Assembly: GCA_964035545.1 (NCBI GenBank)
Contig: OZ037767.1
Span: 10,798,581-10,862,580, forward strand
DNA: 64,000 bases
DNA from: Bugula neritina
Lineage: Eukaryota > Animalia > Bryozoa
Reading direction: 5' to 3'
Under the pieces are notes generated by a model. It was not told where the DNA came from, did not search any database, and worked only from the letters and a program-made list of their open reading frames with translations. This document shows, in pieces, positions 35,701 to 49,261 of the stretch. Both the position numbers and the translations under genes were made by a program. Numbering within the stretch: position 1 is the first letter of the stretch; each line of letters starts with the position of its first letter.

Positions 35701-38700
35701 TCAGCCACTGTACAGCAGCTACTACCAAATAATATAACTACAATCTGCCATTTCACTTTTACCACCATCTTGTCTTCATCTTACCTTTAAGGTGTTCCTT
35801 CATGATTCATCAGTAAGCTGTATAGACCAGTGTTGATGTCATTACTCAGTTGCTACAAATAATACTCTTGTGTGTTACTTGCAAACACCTCACTTGAAGT
35901 GTTTTATTGTATCTTCTGAGAGCCAATGAAAGTTCCTTTCATGGCAACTTTGTATTCCATCATGCGTGACAAATGCACTGTTATAATAAATAGGTATTGA
36001 GTCATGTCTATTCATGTGGTGCAGCATACTGTGCTATGTTCTGGCATACTGAACTGGTATCTAATATATCTATATATCACTCACTACATGCAGTATAGAT
36101 ACACAACGTTTTCAAGCTTCGTATTGCAAATCGATTTTCATTCGATATTTGGAAACAGTTGCATCGAATGAAACCAAAACCATAAGTTCATCTGTATGAG
36201 CATTCATTCCCATGAAGTGGTGGAATAGAAATGCAGGGATAATTCGAAGTAATAAAAACACAAGGCAAACATTTAAATCCTTGCTCTTGTAGTGTTTAAC
36301 TTTCAAAGCTTGGAGTTGCCTGATCTTTTAAACTTTGTTGGAATTCCAAATTTTATTTTCTATCGAATCTTCCAAGCAACTAAAATTTTATTTCTTATGC
36401 AAAATAACATCATTTGCAAACTTCTGTTAAAATCTGGTACTTTGATGCACAAAAAATACCCAATTAGATGTGTGAACCTTCAGAATATTCTGTACAGCAA
36501 CTTACCAGTTTGTCACATGTAGAATATATAATATTTATATGTTCATCTGTATTCACATTCTCATCACACATAATTATATGTTATGCTCTGTTAATGACCC
36601 AAGGGTTGATGATTTGCTGTAATCAACATTATAATGTAATTATAGTAATTTTATTTGTAATATAGAATATTGTATAATGTTTACTAATTATACATTATAT
36701 TGTGCATATGGTATATGTAGTATGTGGTATGTAATATATGATATATGCAGTTTATATTATAGTATAGTATACTAGTATAATTTAGTGTATACAGTATATA
36801 ATGTAGGTTATAGTGCTCAGTGTATACAGTATATAATGTAGGTTATAGTACTCAGTGTATACAGTATATAATGCAGTAAGGTAAATACTGAATTATAAAC
36901 TACATACTTTGCAGTTCTATTTTATTGCAGAAAGGAAAAAATAATGAAAAACACAAGCTGAGGCGAGAGCAGAGAAAAGAGGTATACCTAGCTTATGTGA
37001 CCTATAATTAATGATCTCTCCACTGTATTGAGTATCTTGTAGTTGTCTTTCCAATGTATCTGTTGTGTAATTGTAGTTGTCTTTCCACTGTATCTGTTGT
37101 GTTATTGTAGTTGTCTCTCCAATGTATCTGTTGTGTAATTGTAGTTGTCTTTCCAATGTATCTGTTGTGTTATTGTAGTTGTCTTTCCAATGTATCTGTT
37201 GTGTTATTGTAGTCGTCTTTCCAATGTATCTGTTGTGTTATTGTAGTCGTCTTTCCAATGTATCTGTTGTGTTATTGTAGTCGTCTTTCCAATGTATCTG
37301 TTGTGTTATTGTAGTTGTCTTTCCAATGTATCTGTTGTGTTATTGTAGGAGGCCAAGAAGATAGCCGACGAGCAGTCCCTGGTGAATGCTGCCAACAGCG
37401 TGAAGAACCCTCTTCATCTGCTGATTCCTCATTTCCATAAATACGAGCGAAATGGGTTTGTTCTCTATATGACACATTTCCATATAGAAACTATATAACT
37501 TATCTATATGTTATATATATAATATATAACATATCTCTGTAATATAATACATTATATACTATATACTACTGTATATACCATAAGATCTATCATAGAAAGT
37601 ATATACTGACTATTACATTCCAGTGTCAATGTGACTATTGAGTGTGGCTTTGCTAAAGACTGGCCTGAAGATATACAGCACTGGGGGTTTGAGATCACTA
37701 GAAGGAATATGAAAGATCTGTAAGTCTTCACTGCTTCTTCTTATGTGTGTAACTCTATTACCTGGTATATACACTATTACCTGGTATATATACTCTCTTA
37801 TTATATTATTAAATTATATTGTTTGCCGTATACTTGATTTAGATATGGAAAGGAATGGAAGGACAAAGAGAAAAGGGCGGAGTTACTGGAGGATACAGCA
37901 CAGTACCTCGTTGCCAAGCAACAAGGGGAACCTGTTGCATTCTGTCATTTCCGGTTTGATATGGACTTTGACCTGGCTGTGTTATACTGGTTAGTGTCGT
38001 AGAGGGAAAGGGGCCCTTGGTGGTGTGTGTCTGTGATGTGTTGATATCCGTTATCTGCTGCTGCTGCCGCTGCTGCGGGGCTACCTTTGTGTTCTGGCAA
38101 ACCTTTGACCTTCACTTGTAATTTAATTCCATGTTTCCGATTCATGAATTTGTATAACATGTCTGATAGTTACATTACGATATGGTCTAACAACTCCTAA
38201 TTGTATATATAGTTATTCCATACTGCGTAACACTATCTGACACGCAGTACTAGCTGGAAACTGGTAGTTAAATAAACATGCTACACAGACAGAATAAAAT
38301 GAGTTAGGAGTTGTTTTCTATTGGATGACACTTTGAGATTTCTATGCTGAATACAACTTCTTACAAAAAATTGAAAGCCCATGACAATAAATTTCATTTC
38401 ATTTTATATACAAATCATTTCTTGAGTCGTAGCCAAAAGGTAATAACTCCCAGATTTCTTATAGATTTGAATTATATGACATTACGTAGGTTTTGTTTCT
38501 CTTATGCTATTGTCCATGTGTTACATGTGTGTGCTTGCGTTCGTATACGTGTGGTGTGTGTATGTCGCATTATATATATCTATATATGTATGTTTATATC
38601 TACAAGCAGTTATATTACTAGTATACTATGAGTATGTTACACCTGTGTATATTTACTGCTATATATACTACTAGTAGAGTGTGAGTATGTTACACCTGCT

Positions 38701-40949
38701 ATATGTTTACCCTTCAGTTATGAGATTCAACTGGAAGAGAAGGTGCAGAGGAAAGGTCTGGGCAGGTTTCTCATGCAGTTGATGGAACTCATGGCTTTTA
38801 AGTGAGTAGCACTTTTACTATTACTATAATGTGCTACATACTACTCTATATTACTGTAATATACTAAATAATACTCTATATTATTATATTACTGTAATAT
38901 ACTAAATACTACTCTATATTACTATATTACTGCAATATACTCCATACTACTCTATATTATCATATTGGTGTGATATGCTACACACTACTCCATATTACTA
39001 TATTACTATAATATACTAAATACTACTCTATATTACAATATTACTGCAATATACTAAATACTACTCTATATTACCATATTACTGTAATATACTACTCTAT
39101 ATTAATATATTACTGTAATATACTACTCTATATTACTATAATATACTTCTAGAACTCAGATGCGTAAAGTGGTGCTCACAGTGTTCCATGACAATAAGGC
39201 TGCCATGTCTTTCTACAAATCCAGACTCAAGTTAGTTATCATATTTTATACCGTGTGATATATTACATCATATATTATATGTTATATCATATCGTATCAT
39301 ATTATGTAGTTTATCATATATCTGCTCTGTATAATGTGAATAACAACCTACTGGTTCAGTGGAAGTTGTCTGCTTATATTTTAATCATTTTTCAAATTCC
39401 GTTTTCAAGGCTAATAATAATATTAGTCTGCTAGTCAGCTCTTTGTCTTCAGGATTTCAAAGCTTCCTCGCATCTTATTTTATTTCATTGACCTGAAATG
39501 TGTTTTGTGTTTGAGGTTCCATTGTCAGTTTTTATACATGACTAATGATTTAAAATTATTTCTTTAAAATTGGAATACTAAATTTTGGCAAAATGAATCA
39601 GAAATCGTCCTGTTTTTTAGATTAAAGTTGCGTTTATACCTCTACTGAAAAAAGTACCGAGTTTCAGTTAATTTCATTAGTCCGAGTACCCCTTTGTAGT
39701 CTTACTGAAACTCGTTGAAATCATATTGATGCGGAAGCTCACTTTCTAATAGTGAAATATGACTCGCTTAATCACTATTTGATGCTCTTTGAAAACGTAG
39801 TGAATTGGTACCCCCTAGACGCACTTTGCCGCACCTTACACTGTAACAGCATATGTCAGCCATTTTTGTTAACATCCGGGCTGAATCGTACCCCGGAACA
39901 CGTAGCGGCGTTGATCAAACACTGCTTGATTCAAAGTCACCGCAGACAAGAATTAGCTTAATTATGATTGGTCACAGCTCAACGTCATGCGTTATACTTT
40001 TTTTAGTGTGTGAACGCATGTTGACGAAACGTAGCAGCAGTGCCATTTTGATTTTGCTGCTGCGGCAAAGTGTGTCTAGGGGGTAAAGTTGACAGCATAA
40101 AAGCGATAATTGAGAAAGCGTAGCCAATATAATTATGAACATACTAGTGGCCAAAGTCATAATTAAGTGCCAATGTCTACAAGGAGTTATTATTCCTTAT
40201 GATTATTATTCTGAAATCGGCCGAGTAAGTAATCGCAGTACAAAAGTTTTGACGAGTGACTTTTACAATGCAATGCAACTCCGTAAAATTTCAACTCGGC
40301 CAAATTGAATATCTGTCTGAAAATCGTGAATGTCAGTTTTGGCTGTTGCCATAAATGGCTAAGTTAGAAAATATTTGCATAGTGACTCCTGATACACACA
40401 TCATAGTTCCTGTAAAATTATTAATATTACAATTATGATTATGCAATATTGAGTCACGCTCGCTCTTACACGGAACATGTGCATCTGATGGGTAAATTGT
40501 AACTCCTCCCAATTTTCAATGCAGTCTCAAAATTGTGAAGTTACCTTTCCTTTTTACTACAATTTGTAAGTATGATAGAAATTTCGCACATTTCCAACGA
40601 TGATTAGGTCGAGAAATTTAAAATGCTCCTGTGATTATGAACATTGCTATTGTTTTGGTTAGAGCCTTAGACATTTCTGCCCAACACTAAGTATGCTGTT
40701 ATATTGCTGATATACTAGTTTGATAATACTTTACATGTTGAGGCTGGGAACTCTAAATGCTTTCCAGTTTTATCCTACAGTTAGTTTATTACTTTGAAAT
40801 ATTACCAGCTATCTGGAATCTGGTACAAGAATTGTTGAACTTTGTCTTTCAGTTACGGGGTGGATGAGACCAGCCCGTCAGCAGTCGAGTCTGAATGGGA
40901 AGTAAACTACGAAATCCTCAGTAAAACAATCAAACTGCAGTCAAAATGA
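32795..40949 (+). CDS. NAA40: N-alpha-acetyltransferase 40 (NatD; histone H4/H2A N-terminal acetyltransferase), about 221 aa
   Basis: Exons 32795-32800 (GCCATGGCT|gtaagt), 36931-36981, 37349-37455, 37624-37719, 37843-37989, 38718-38801, 39153-39230 and 40853-40949; total 666 nt in frame. Motifs: [59 protein letters not shown], DETSP and YEILSK. The two-codon first exon is the least certain part. Confidence 0.93.
33720..33905. repeat. Degenerate AT-rich minisatellite of about 25 bp (AATCAACATATAGTTTACATTATAT)
   Basis: About four clear units followed by decayed ATATAGCTTAC units. Confidence 0.8.
34485..35803 (-). CDS. CD225/dispanin (IFITM/PRRT/SynDIG-like) membrane protein, about 140 aa, nested antisense in NAA40 intron 1
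   Basis: Exons 35574-35308 and 34621-34485 join as SYLTWSILNCMTCNPILGLMAITLSVMSTSSLNQ-G|KDRTGQLYRRAAYKLNVLTTVLGAATYISLYMVYIM: two hydrophobic segments and a phase-1 intron at the dispanin loop glycine. Tentative first exon 35803-35785 (ATG AAG GAA CAC CTT AAA G|gtaaga) is phase-compatible. Confidence 0.72.
34800..35275. repeat. ACTACAAGTACTAGGTACT-type minisatellite split by a MITE
   Basis: Units at about 34800-34975 and 35203-35275, inside the dispanin intron. Confidence 0.85.
34986..35202. mobile_element. 217-bp MITE with TA flanks
   Basis: TA|CTACAATGTCCCTCTATATCT ... AGATATGGAGGGAGCATTGTAG|TA. Confidence 0.75.
37015..37348. repeat. 34-bp minisatellite containing the NAA40 exon 3 acceptor, about 10 copies
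   Basis: Unit T[C/T]GTCTTTCCAATGTATCTGTTGTGTTATTGTAG; the AG ends at 37042, 37076, 37110 and so on up to 37348, the site used in the gene model. Confidence 0.97.
38812..39148. repeat. TACTACTCTATATTACTGTAATATACTAAA-type minisatellite filling NAA40 intron 6
   Basis: Degenerate 30-40-bp units run almost from donor to acceptor. Confidence 0.9.
39811..40083. mobile_element. 273-bp MITE with TA flanks in NAA40 intron 7
   Basis: TA|CCCCCTAGACGCACTTTGCCGCA ... TGCGGCAAAGTGTGTCTAGGGGG|TA (22 of 23 inverted match). Confidence 0.85.
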
Positions 40950-43193
40950 TCTCTAGCTGTTAACATACTGTAATATCACAAGACTACGCTGTTGATTCGT
41001 TGAGACGTAAGGTACATTTGTATAGACCACAGTATGAGTACTGCTGCCTCTGCTGCCGCTATAGGATCATGTCTCTACTTGTAACTGTCTTATACGTTTT
41101 GGTACCAATCACTTTATATTTTGAAGATATCACTTTTTGGTTGTGTACGGTTGCACTTTTTCACTGTATATAAATGCATATATAATTTTTTACCGTTTTT
41201 ATGGGAATTATTTAGATATCAGGTGAACTACTTTGTTACCTGTCGTGTTTTCACTCTGATCACAATTAATAAATTTCAAAAAGACATCAATGATGCACGA
41301 AACATTGATCTTTTTTCATTCATAGCTAACTTCTCAGGAAGGAATGAATCTGCATGAATGTTAACAGTTGGTGCACAATGCCGTCCTCTAGCTCCTAACA
41401 CATTATCTCTTAATTAGTTGGCGTTGTTATTATTATCCAAGATGAAGTGTTTGTAAAATATTGTTGTAATTGTAAGGAAGGAATACGGAATCTAATTCAC
41501 CATGCGTTGTATTGAAGTACTTGACTTTATCAATGCATCCACTTGATCTAAAGAGCCATATATTGATCTTTCAACTACCTGGTCATCTAACGCTGCTATT
41601 CCGTCTATTTCACAAATGTAGCAAATCAATACATTTTGGGTACGCACCTTGGTACAAGAAGGTTTTTGAAATTGAATTCAGTTTTGAAGATTTTTAAACT
41701 GATGGGGAATGAGAAAAAAACGAACTCAGATTTTACCTCATTTTTTATTGCTCAGTGAAAGTGTGTCGTATCCCTTCGCAATAAAGTGCTGTCAACCTAC
41801 TTGAAATATCAATAAATTTTAATTCATTTATTTTTTATGCCATTTTTTTTGATTCCGTGGAATCCAACCATTTTTTTTAATTTTATATCAAGTTAAATCG
41901 GTAATATAATCTAAATAACGCTAAGAGTTGGTTATGTATAGGATACATAGATTCTGTAGTCACTTTACGCTCCATATTCTTACAGAAGGATTAGCTATGA
42001 CTTCTGCCACTGCAGAGAAATTATGAGTAAATTGCACTAAACCTGGTGATAAAAATAGGATTGCAAGGAAATCAATTAAAGTCACTGAAACATACAATTT
42101 ATGGAGTAAATTTGGTTTTTACACATGGCAGCAGGCAGGACTGTTAACATCGGCCCAACTTGGCTAGTTTCACCGAGTACAGTAGCATGAGTTGCATTTA
42201 CAGCATAGCTTGTTGTTGATTATCGGTGCAGATTATCTACGCAACTTTGGCAGGCTGATCATAAATAATGTTTAATTTTGTTGAAATGTTCATAATTTAA
42301 ACTCAATCATCCCTAGAAAATTCTTGCAATCTGTATTCCTAATAAATCATCGGGGAATGCGTTTGTATGTTGTTAATAATGAGGCATGACTTGGTGTTAA
42401 AGCACTGTACCTGTTTGAACCATCTACTTGGAACCAACTGTGGAATTATTGCCAGCAACCTTATGAGCAACTCAGAGTTGCATATGTAATGTGCAGAGGT
42501 TTGGGGCAAATATCTATAGCAGTGCAAGATTTCCAACCATCTCCATGCACCATGATGAAAGTTTCACGTTGTAGCTGTTGTAGACCTGCCCATTTCAATA
42601 GGGAAGCTGTCTTACCCCCAACCTGTCTAACAGCATGAAAATTGGTTTCTTCGGCAACTTTGTAAGTGCTGTAGAAGTCAAAGTCTGGTGCACAAACTTT
42701 GATATTTAATTTTTCTGGTAAGTACTGCAAGGAAATGTAGCTGCAAATCTGTACAACCTGACGAGTTCTGTTTTGTGATAATATTCCATACCATTGCTAC
42801 CTTACCAATACAATATATATACTGTGTAGCCTACTTTATATTTATAGCATTTTATGTTTATGTAGCAAACATATCAGCCTTCAAAAACTCTTTATGCCTG
42901 TAAAACCTCAACAATAAGAGATTCGAAGAGGGTGGATGCTAGAACCAACCGACCTCTCTGAGGAACCGATTACGTGCAATAAGCTAATAGAGGGGAGCAC
43001 AGGGACAAGAGAAGTCTGGTAATAAAGCCTAAAATCTTCTCTTATTTTTACTTTGGGATGCAGAAACCGCCTTCCTGAATTGTGCTTAGAGTAATTAATA
43101 TATGCATATATGTATCAAATGAATATAAATGTGTGTGTAATATTTTAAGTAGCTTTAATTGAATGTAGTACCAGTTTGCCATGAATTACTGTG

Positions 43194-43197
<4 letters not shown>

Positions 43198-43240
<43 letters not shown>
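43198..43240. repeat. (TA)n microsatellite
   Basis: About 21 TA units, seen directly. Confidence 0.98.
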
Positions 43241-43246
<6 letters not shown>

Positions 43247-46200
43247 TATATATTAATGCATAATATGCATTAATATATAATATTTATTAATTTTCACTAT
43301 ATATAATATTTATTTAAATAAACTGGAAACATTTTGTTTTTACTGCTTTTTTATTCAAAGTAGTTTACTTTGATTAATAAAGTAATAAAAATGAAACGTT
43401 TGTCGTTTACCTATTTTTAATAATATTTATTATATGCAATATATAGTATATACTATAAGTAGTATATTCAGAAATGTAACATAATAATCAGCGTAAAGTT
43501 TCTCAAGTATGAATCAATAATTTTGAGCGCCTCAAATCAGAGCTCTAACTTAATTATTATTGAACTTTCAATGTTCTGGTTTTACTATTTGTTAACTTAA
43601 ACTTCTATTTCATAAATCAAACTCATGTTAGACATTCAGGTAGTTTGATTATATAATTAATAAGTAAGTCCTACATTTAGGTAGGGGAAGAAGTCATTAT
43701 ACATATGATCCTATAAAAGTTTATTTTTTTGTTTCCAGAGCATAATAAAATGGAGAATTTATATTTGCACAGAAAGACGAGTATAATCGATGGCTATGTG
43801 TGATTATCTGCCTTATTCTCTATTGTGCGCTATCAATTTACACTTATATGTATGCCCAATCTCAAGAGTCAAGCATTCACTGTGATTTAATGTCTGTCGG
43901 CGTATTTACTTTTGTCTGTGTTCGCAGAATCTCATGCTCATACACTCATCTCTACACACATGCGTGGAATAATCGCATCCGTTTATTTTATAGGCAGGTC
44001 TTTTGGTACACGCCCCACCCTCATCTTTTCTGTTTTCAACTAAACAGACAATTGTATCTATTTAGTGGTATGTTTACAGATTTCGAAAGAATGACTCATA
44101 ATCTAAAACTGAAATTTCACAATTGAAGGAAATGGTAAACTATTTATGTGTTGATATATTTACTCTAAATGAAATTTGTGGTTTAAATAGCTTATTATGA
44201 TATATAAAGTTTAAAATAAAATGCTTAAAAATTATTGTTTTGAGCACTTCATCAAAAGATTCCAGAAAATAATATTACTCTAGTTTCCTGATTATTTTTA
44301 TTTTTGTAATTATTTTCATCAACTTATCAACCAACTCAATTCGTTCAGTTCAAAATTGATCACTTCCATTCATCATATTAAGAAATTTGTAACTTAATAT
44401 TGCTCTTGCATTGTATGACTTTAACTCTCATTGTTTTCTTTTCTTATTGTGATTATATTTTTTCAGCTGCTCCGTTGCAAAAATATTTCAGCGATAAAAT
44501 TATAATTCTATCCTTCCAGACCTGCCAACTTCAATCTAACATATACCCAGTGTTGTGAGGAGGTGAGAATTTCAACAAATTAATATTTGCAGTTAGCTTT
44601 GCTAATATGAAAATTCTTGCATCAGAAAAGTTAAATGCATTTTGGGAACCTTTAAGCTCCTCAATTTTTTTACTGTTTAAAATCACAGGTCAATAATTTT
44701 AGTAAGCAATTACTTAAAAGGATGATCGTGCTTTAATTATTTTTTAACTTTCTATAAACATGAAAGAAAAAACTGAAAAATGTACAGTTGCCACTAAAAA
44801 TGATTTTTTTTCTTGATGTTTGAGTGTCGAAATCCGAAGCCTTTATCAAGCTTTCCTTTCAAGCTCTCTGTTGATTGGCTGACCAGTCTGTATGTAAACA
44901 CAGCATCCTATGCTAACATTATTCCAACTGCATGAGGTACCTGACTATATATTTATGTCGTAAGATAACAATAAATTTGCTGCTGTTATATTGCGAGTAG
45001 TTTGTCGTACGCTGTTGGTGGCTGTTGCTGTAAAGAGGCCAACACTCAAACACACTAGACAGAAGTGGCTGAACTCTTGTCTCTCAAGTATTTACTACTA
45101 ACTCTAGCAGTAAGTGACAAATTATATTACCATCACTAATAGGTGCTGCAGCCAGCGTTTAACTCTTAACAAATTGAATTTCACTGCCTTGTTGACTTTG
45201 CACTTTATAGTTATTGTACACTCTTGTTTGTCAATTACCTGTTTGCAAACCCTCATCATTTAAGATCAGTCAATTGTTGTTCACACCTTTACAATAAATG
45301 CTAATTAATAAAGTCACTAACTAACTTGAAAGTGTCGCGTGCCTGCTGGCCCCTGCCACCTACACTAGCTTATGTACTTTTTACTCCAAAAAAACTGCGT
45401 TTTGCGTGTGTTTAACCTTTTTACTGTAAACTATTGGAATGAAAATCCAGGCCAATTTCCTTAAAGTTTTTATATTTTTTGGCAAAAAATTCCTCCTTTG
45501 CATTTTGACTGGCCAAGGAAATAATGCAAGAGTTCAGTTGAATCTGTTGTTGTTTTTGTTCTATCCCTCCGTCACTCCTAGTCGTCACTTTGCCTGTCTT
45601 GCCATCAGTTTAAGGTTGTAAATTACCATATCAGATAATTTACTAATCAACCACTTTTCATCTTTTACCAATTTCACATTCTTATCTCTCGTATAGTCCA
45701 CAACCCGAGTCAATGTGGGATTGACTTTTCCTTAAGTCTTGCGTGCCGCATTCACGCTCACAAACCTCCAAATCTTTCGTTTTGTTCGTCATTTGTATGG
45801 CTTGGAATATTTTGTTGCCTGAGGGTTTAGCGTGTTAGACCAGATTGAGATACCCTCCCTCTGCCCGTCTACAACTCTGTCTGGTTAAGGAATCGTCTCT
45901 CCCACTCTATGAACCTTCTTTTAACCAATTTACAAATATTTCTGCCATCAAAACCAATATTTTATTTTTTAATTAAAATGTTTCAAAACTAAAATTAATT
46001 GAGTGCTATTTATATTTTGAGCTAAATGTTCGATAATTATATTTAATTTAAATGTAATTGTTCTGCTCACATGTAGCATGGATATCAGTCTATTGTATAA
46101 CGTTGGAAATCTTTCCCGATGTGGTTGTTAATCCAGCCTGCAATTGTGTTTATCTAATGATGCAAAAAAGTGAAAAACAATTATGGAGTTGGGAAATCAT

Positions 46201-48699
46201 TTTTATACACAATCATTGTTCTTATTGTTACGTGTACAATACACAATGTGAAAATACTATTTTTATATTATCACTCATTAGTGGATGGTATATCTTCCAA
46301 GATTTTTTATTGTAATTTCAAATATAAAATTTAAACAATATCTTAAGTTTTTCAACTTATTTTTGCTCCCGGAGGTTGATGTCAGCCTAAGTTTGTCTTC
46401 TTTTTCATTTAAATTGAATAACTATATAACCAACTATTTTCCATCATCACACAAACCACTCTCTTTTTGCTCAAGGTTATGAACTTTTGCGAAAAGCTAA
46501 GTTGGCAAGAGTTTTTGTATTTGGCAAAATTAGATAGTATAATATAACAATATGCTGGAGATGTCATATGTCATACGGTGAAAGTTACAGGGTTAAAGGT
46601 GAGTGGAGTGTGTTGTACTTGAACAGGCTCTACCACATTCACCACCTAAATTTTAAGTTTCATTTATTTTAATCTTATTCACTGACTATTTGGCTGCACT
46701 TAATTACCCTTGCCTGGCCTTGTTTGTAATACAATGACAGAGATAAGCTGTTGGCTTTCCATTGGTTAAGCCACACAACAGAGCGGTGACTTGACTACCA
46801 AAAGTAACCAATAATATTGTAGCCAGTTTAATAAAAAAATTAAGACACAAAGCTGGGCTAAGGTTTTTCTGGTTTTACCTTTCAATTCATATTTCATTGA
46901 ACTCTACATGATATTCAGTTACGCTAATTGAGCAAATCTCTGCTAAACTGGGAACTTCAGTCATATTCTATGACTTAATCTCACTAATGAAAATATACTA
47001 CAATAACAGCTATTTCAATGATGATTAGCTAGAGGCAGGTGTTTTATATGAAACATGAAAGGCATAGTGCATCATAGATAAAATGAAATATCAGAGTTCT
47101 TATCAATTTACATTATGTTAACTTATTGAATATTGCTGAGTAGCATTATCAACCAGCACCTTGAAAGAAGATTACCGACATTTTTGAGAACTAGAAAAAA
47201 CGCACGGAGATTTTAATGGTTGTTCGTCTCTTTCAGCCATGTTTCGCAAATGTGATGTAATGAGGTGGAGCTAGGTGCCATGCAGGCGTCTTCAAATGCA
47301 CTGGCATCTGATATAAACATAGCATTCTAAGTAAATCTTTCTTACTGCCTCTTAAGCCTATAGGAATATATGCTAAAAGTATTGTAATAAAAGAACTCTG
47401 TTTTTTGTCAACAGATTTTCATGTTTGAAAACGCAGCCTTGCTGAATTGTGTAGGCATAACCTTAAAAGATCAAACATCAAGTGTTGTGTTTACTTTGGC
47501 AAACGCAAGCTTTCCTGTGATCAGGGGTGCATCTGTAGCCACTCAGTATACTGTGATTGTGCACCGTTGGCACCAGCAAATATTCTTAGAAATATTCAAA
47601 CAGCAGCTAAGTTTATGATTATTTGGCTGTGAACATTTTTTTAACTGAGTTTTATCATGAAATCATAATCAAGTTTAACACGTAGAGAGATCTTCTGTGT
47701 TTTCGGCTGTAAAATTCAAGTCCTAATGGTTTGAAACTTCTGGCCGATGAAACAATATGACAGTTGATGTTACTAAATTTATACTTTTGCTAATTGAAAA
47801 TTGCTTACTATTATTTTCTGTGCATTTCGTTGAACTTGGGGAGGGAGGAGGCTTAGATTACCTGAAAGCACTTCTATTTATTTTTATATTATCTCTTCAA
47901 GCAAGCAAAGCTACAGTTGAATTTTAAGCCAGTCAACGTGCAAACATTAGATGTGTTCTGGTGGTATATTGTGATACTGTAATAAATGTAATAAATGGCT
48001 ATTGCTACTCGCAGTACAATATTGTATCTTTTCAATTGTGATGTGTATTATTATTATCTATCATCTTCTCATTTAATAATTGTAGATAATTTAATACAAC
48101 TTCCATTATACTGTTTTATGCATATTTCATTATACACTATATTATAAACAACATTCTTCATATGTTTTCTGATTTGTATAACAATTCCCTTATTTTGTTT
48201 TATATTTTAAATAATAATTTATAAAGAGATAGTATTGTTCAATATAATTGGTATAATAGCTACTATACTATGATGTTGCCAAACTTCTGCAATAATTTAA
48301 TCTTTGAAAATATTTTTGTGGAAAATAGAATTTCGTAAGCATGAGTGATTTCTAACAATATTCCATTACTAGAAGTTAAAACATTTCATAAATCAAATCT
48401 GGCAACGAGTTGGGTGGCACAGGTATGATCTCGCTGCCAGTCAGCTATGTTTGATAATGAGGAATTTATTCTTTGATCTACACCCTGCACTCAATGACTG
48501 CTCATAACATTGTAATTTGCCAGAAGAAAACTAAGTCGAGAATTGATAACATTTATAGTATCTAGTTTCAATGTTTGCTATTTGCTATGTGTATGCTGGA
48601 GTATTAGCATGGGATGCCAGTGCCTACAGCCGAGTACAGTCAACGCATAGTTTTATAAACTCTATATATAAAGTATGGAACATTTAATTTTATCCTTTT

Positions 48700-48990
48700 A
48701 TGTATTCTAGATTTTAGAGTCAGAAGCTCAACTTGGTGGTTCATATCTCTTAGTCTGAGAGGAGGGGGTGCTTGTTATTCCCCTATATTTTGTGAACTCA
48801 CGCCTTATTTTTACAGTCACCATCCATATGAGAACCCCAGATAGATTTTAAGCCAGGAATTTGGTTCTAGTGTAGCAAAGGAGCGATTGTGCCTAAGTGC
48901 TCTTATTGACACCACCAATGTCTATATTGGGATTCGAACCCACCACCTTGTGCCTACTGTGCCTATGGTCTAACCACTAGACCTAGGCTG
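48700..48990 (-). mobile_element. tRNA-derived SINE-like element
   Basis: Minus strand carries an A-box-like GGTCTAGTGG (48983-48974) and a B box GGTTCGAATCC (48940-48930), followed by a non-tRNA body; no cloverleaf forms. Confidence 0.55.
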
Positions 48991-49185
48991 TTCACACACC
49001 CACCCCTACCCCAATGATGATTATTTGTATTATTTAATAATTCTAGCTGATCCAGAACTGCATGTCTACTTGTATTGATAGGTGAATAGCCTGAGAAAGT
49101 CAAACCGGCAGTTACTTAGTCCGAGGTACCTGTGAGTTACATGTGGCTGTGGTGGACATGGTAACTAAGGCTAACTCTGTTCTAG

Positions 49186-49229
49186 AACCTTCCACAGCTT
49201 GTCTGCCAACTGAAATACATTCCCAGACA
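49186..49229 (+). CDS. Candidate upstream coding exon of the NK2.2 gene
   Basis: Branch point GCTAAC, acceptor ttctag| and donor |gtatgt. 44 nt, phase 1 to phase 0, reading (E)PSTACLPTEIHSQT in frame with the exon at 50780. Confidence 0.45.
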
Positions 49230-49261
49230 GTATGTACACGTAGAGCATTACTTGCATGTGC

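Noticed and set aside
37015-37348. CRISPR-like regular 27-34-bp repeats here and at 12495, 24442 and 25014
   Set aside because: The units are head-to-tail with no unique spacers, there are no cas genes, and the context is eukaryotic introns.
45819-45885. GFSVLDQI peptide as the NK2.2 TN-domain exon
   Set aside because: An in-frame TGA lies immediately upstream, there is no ATG or strong acceptor, and the motif match is partial.
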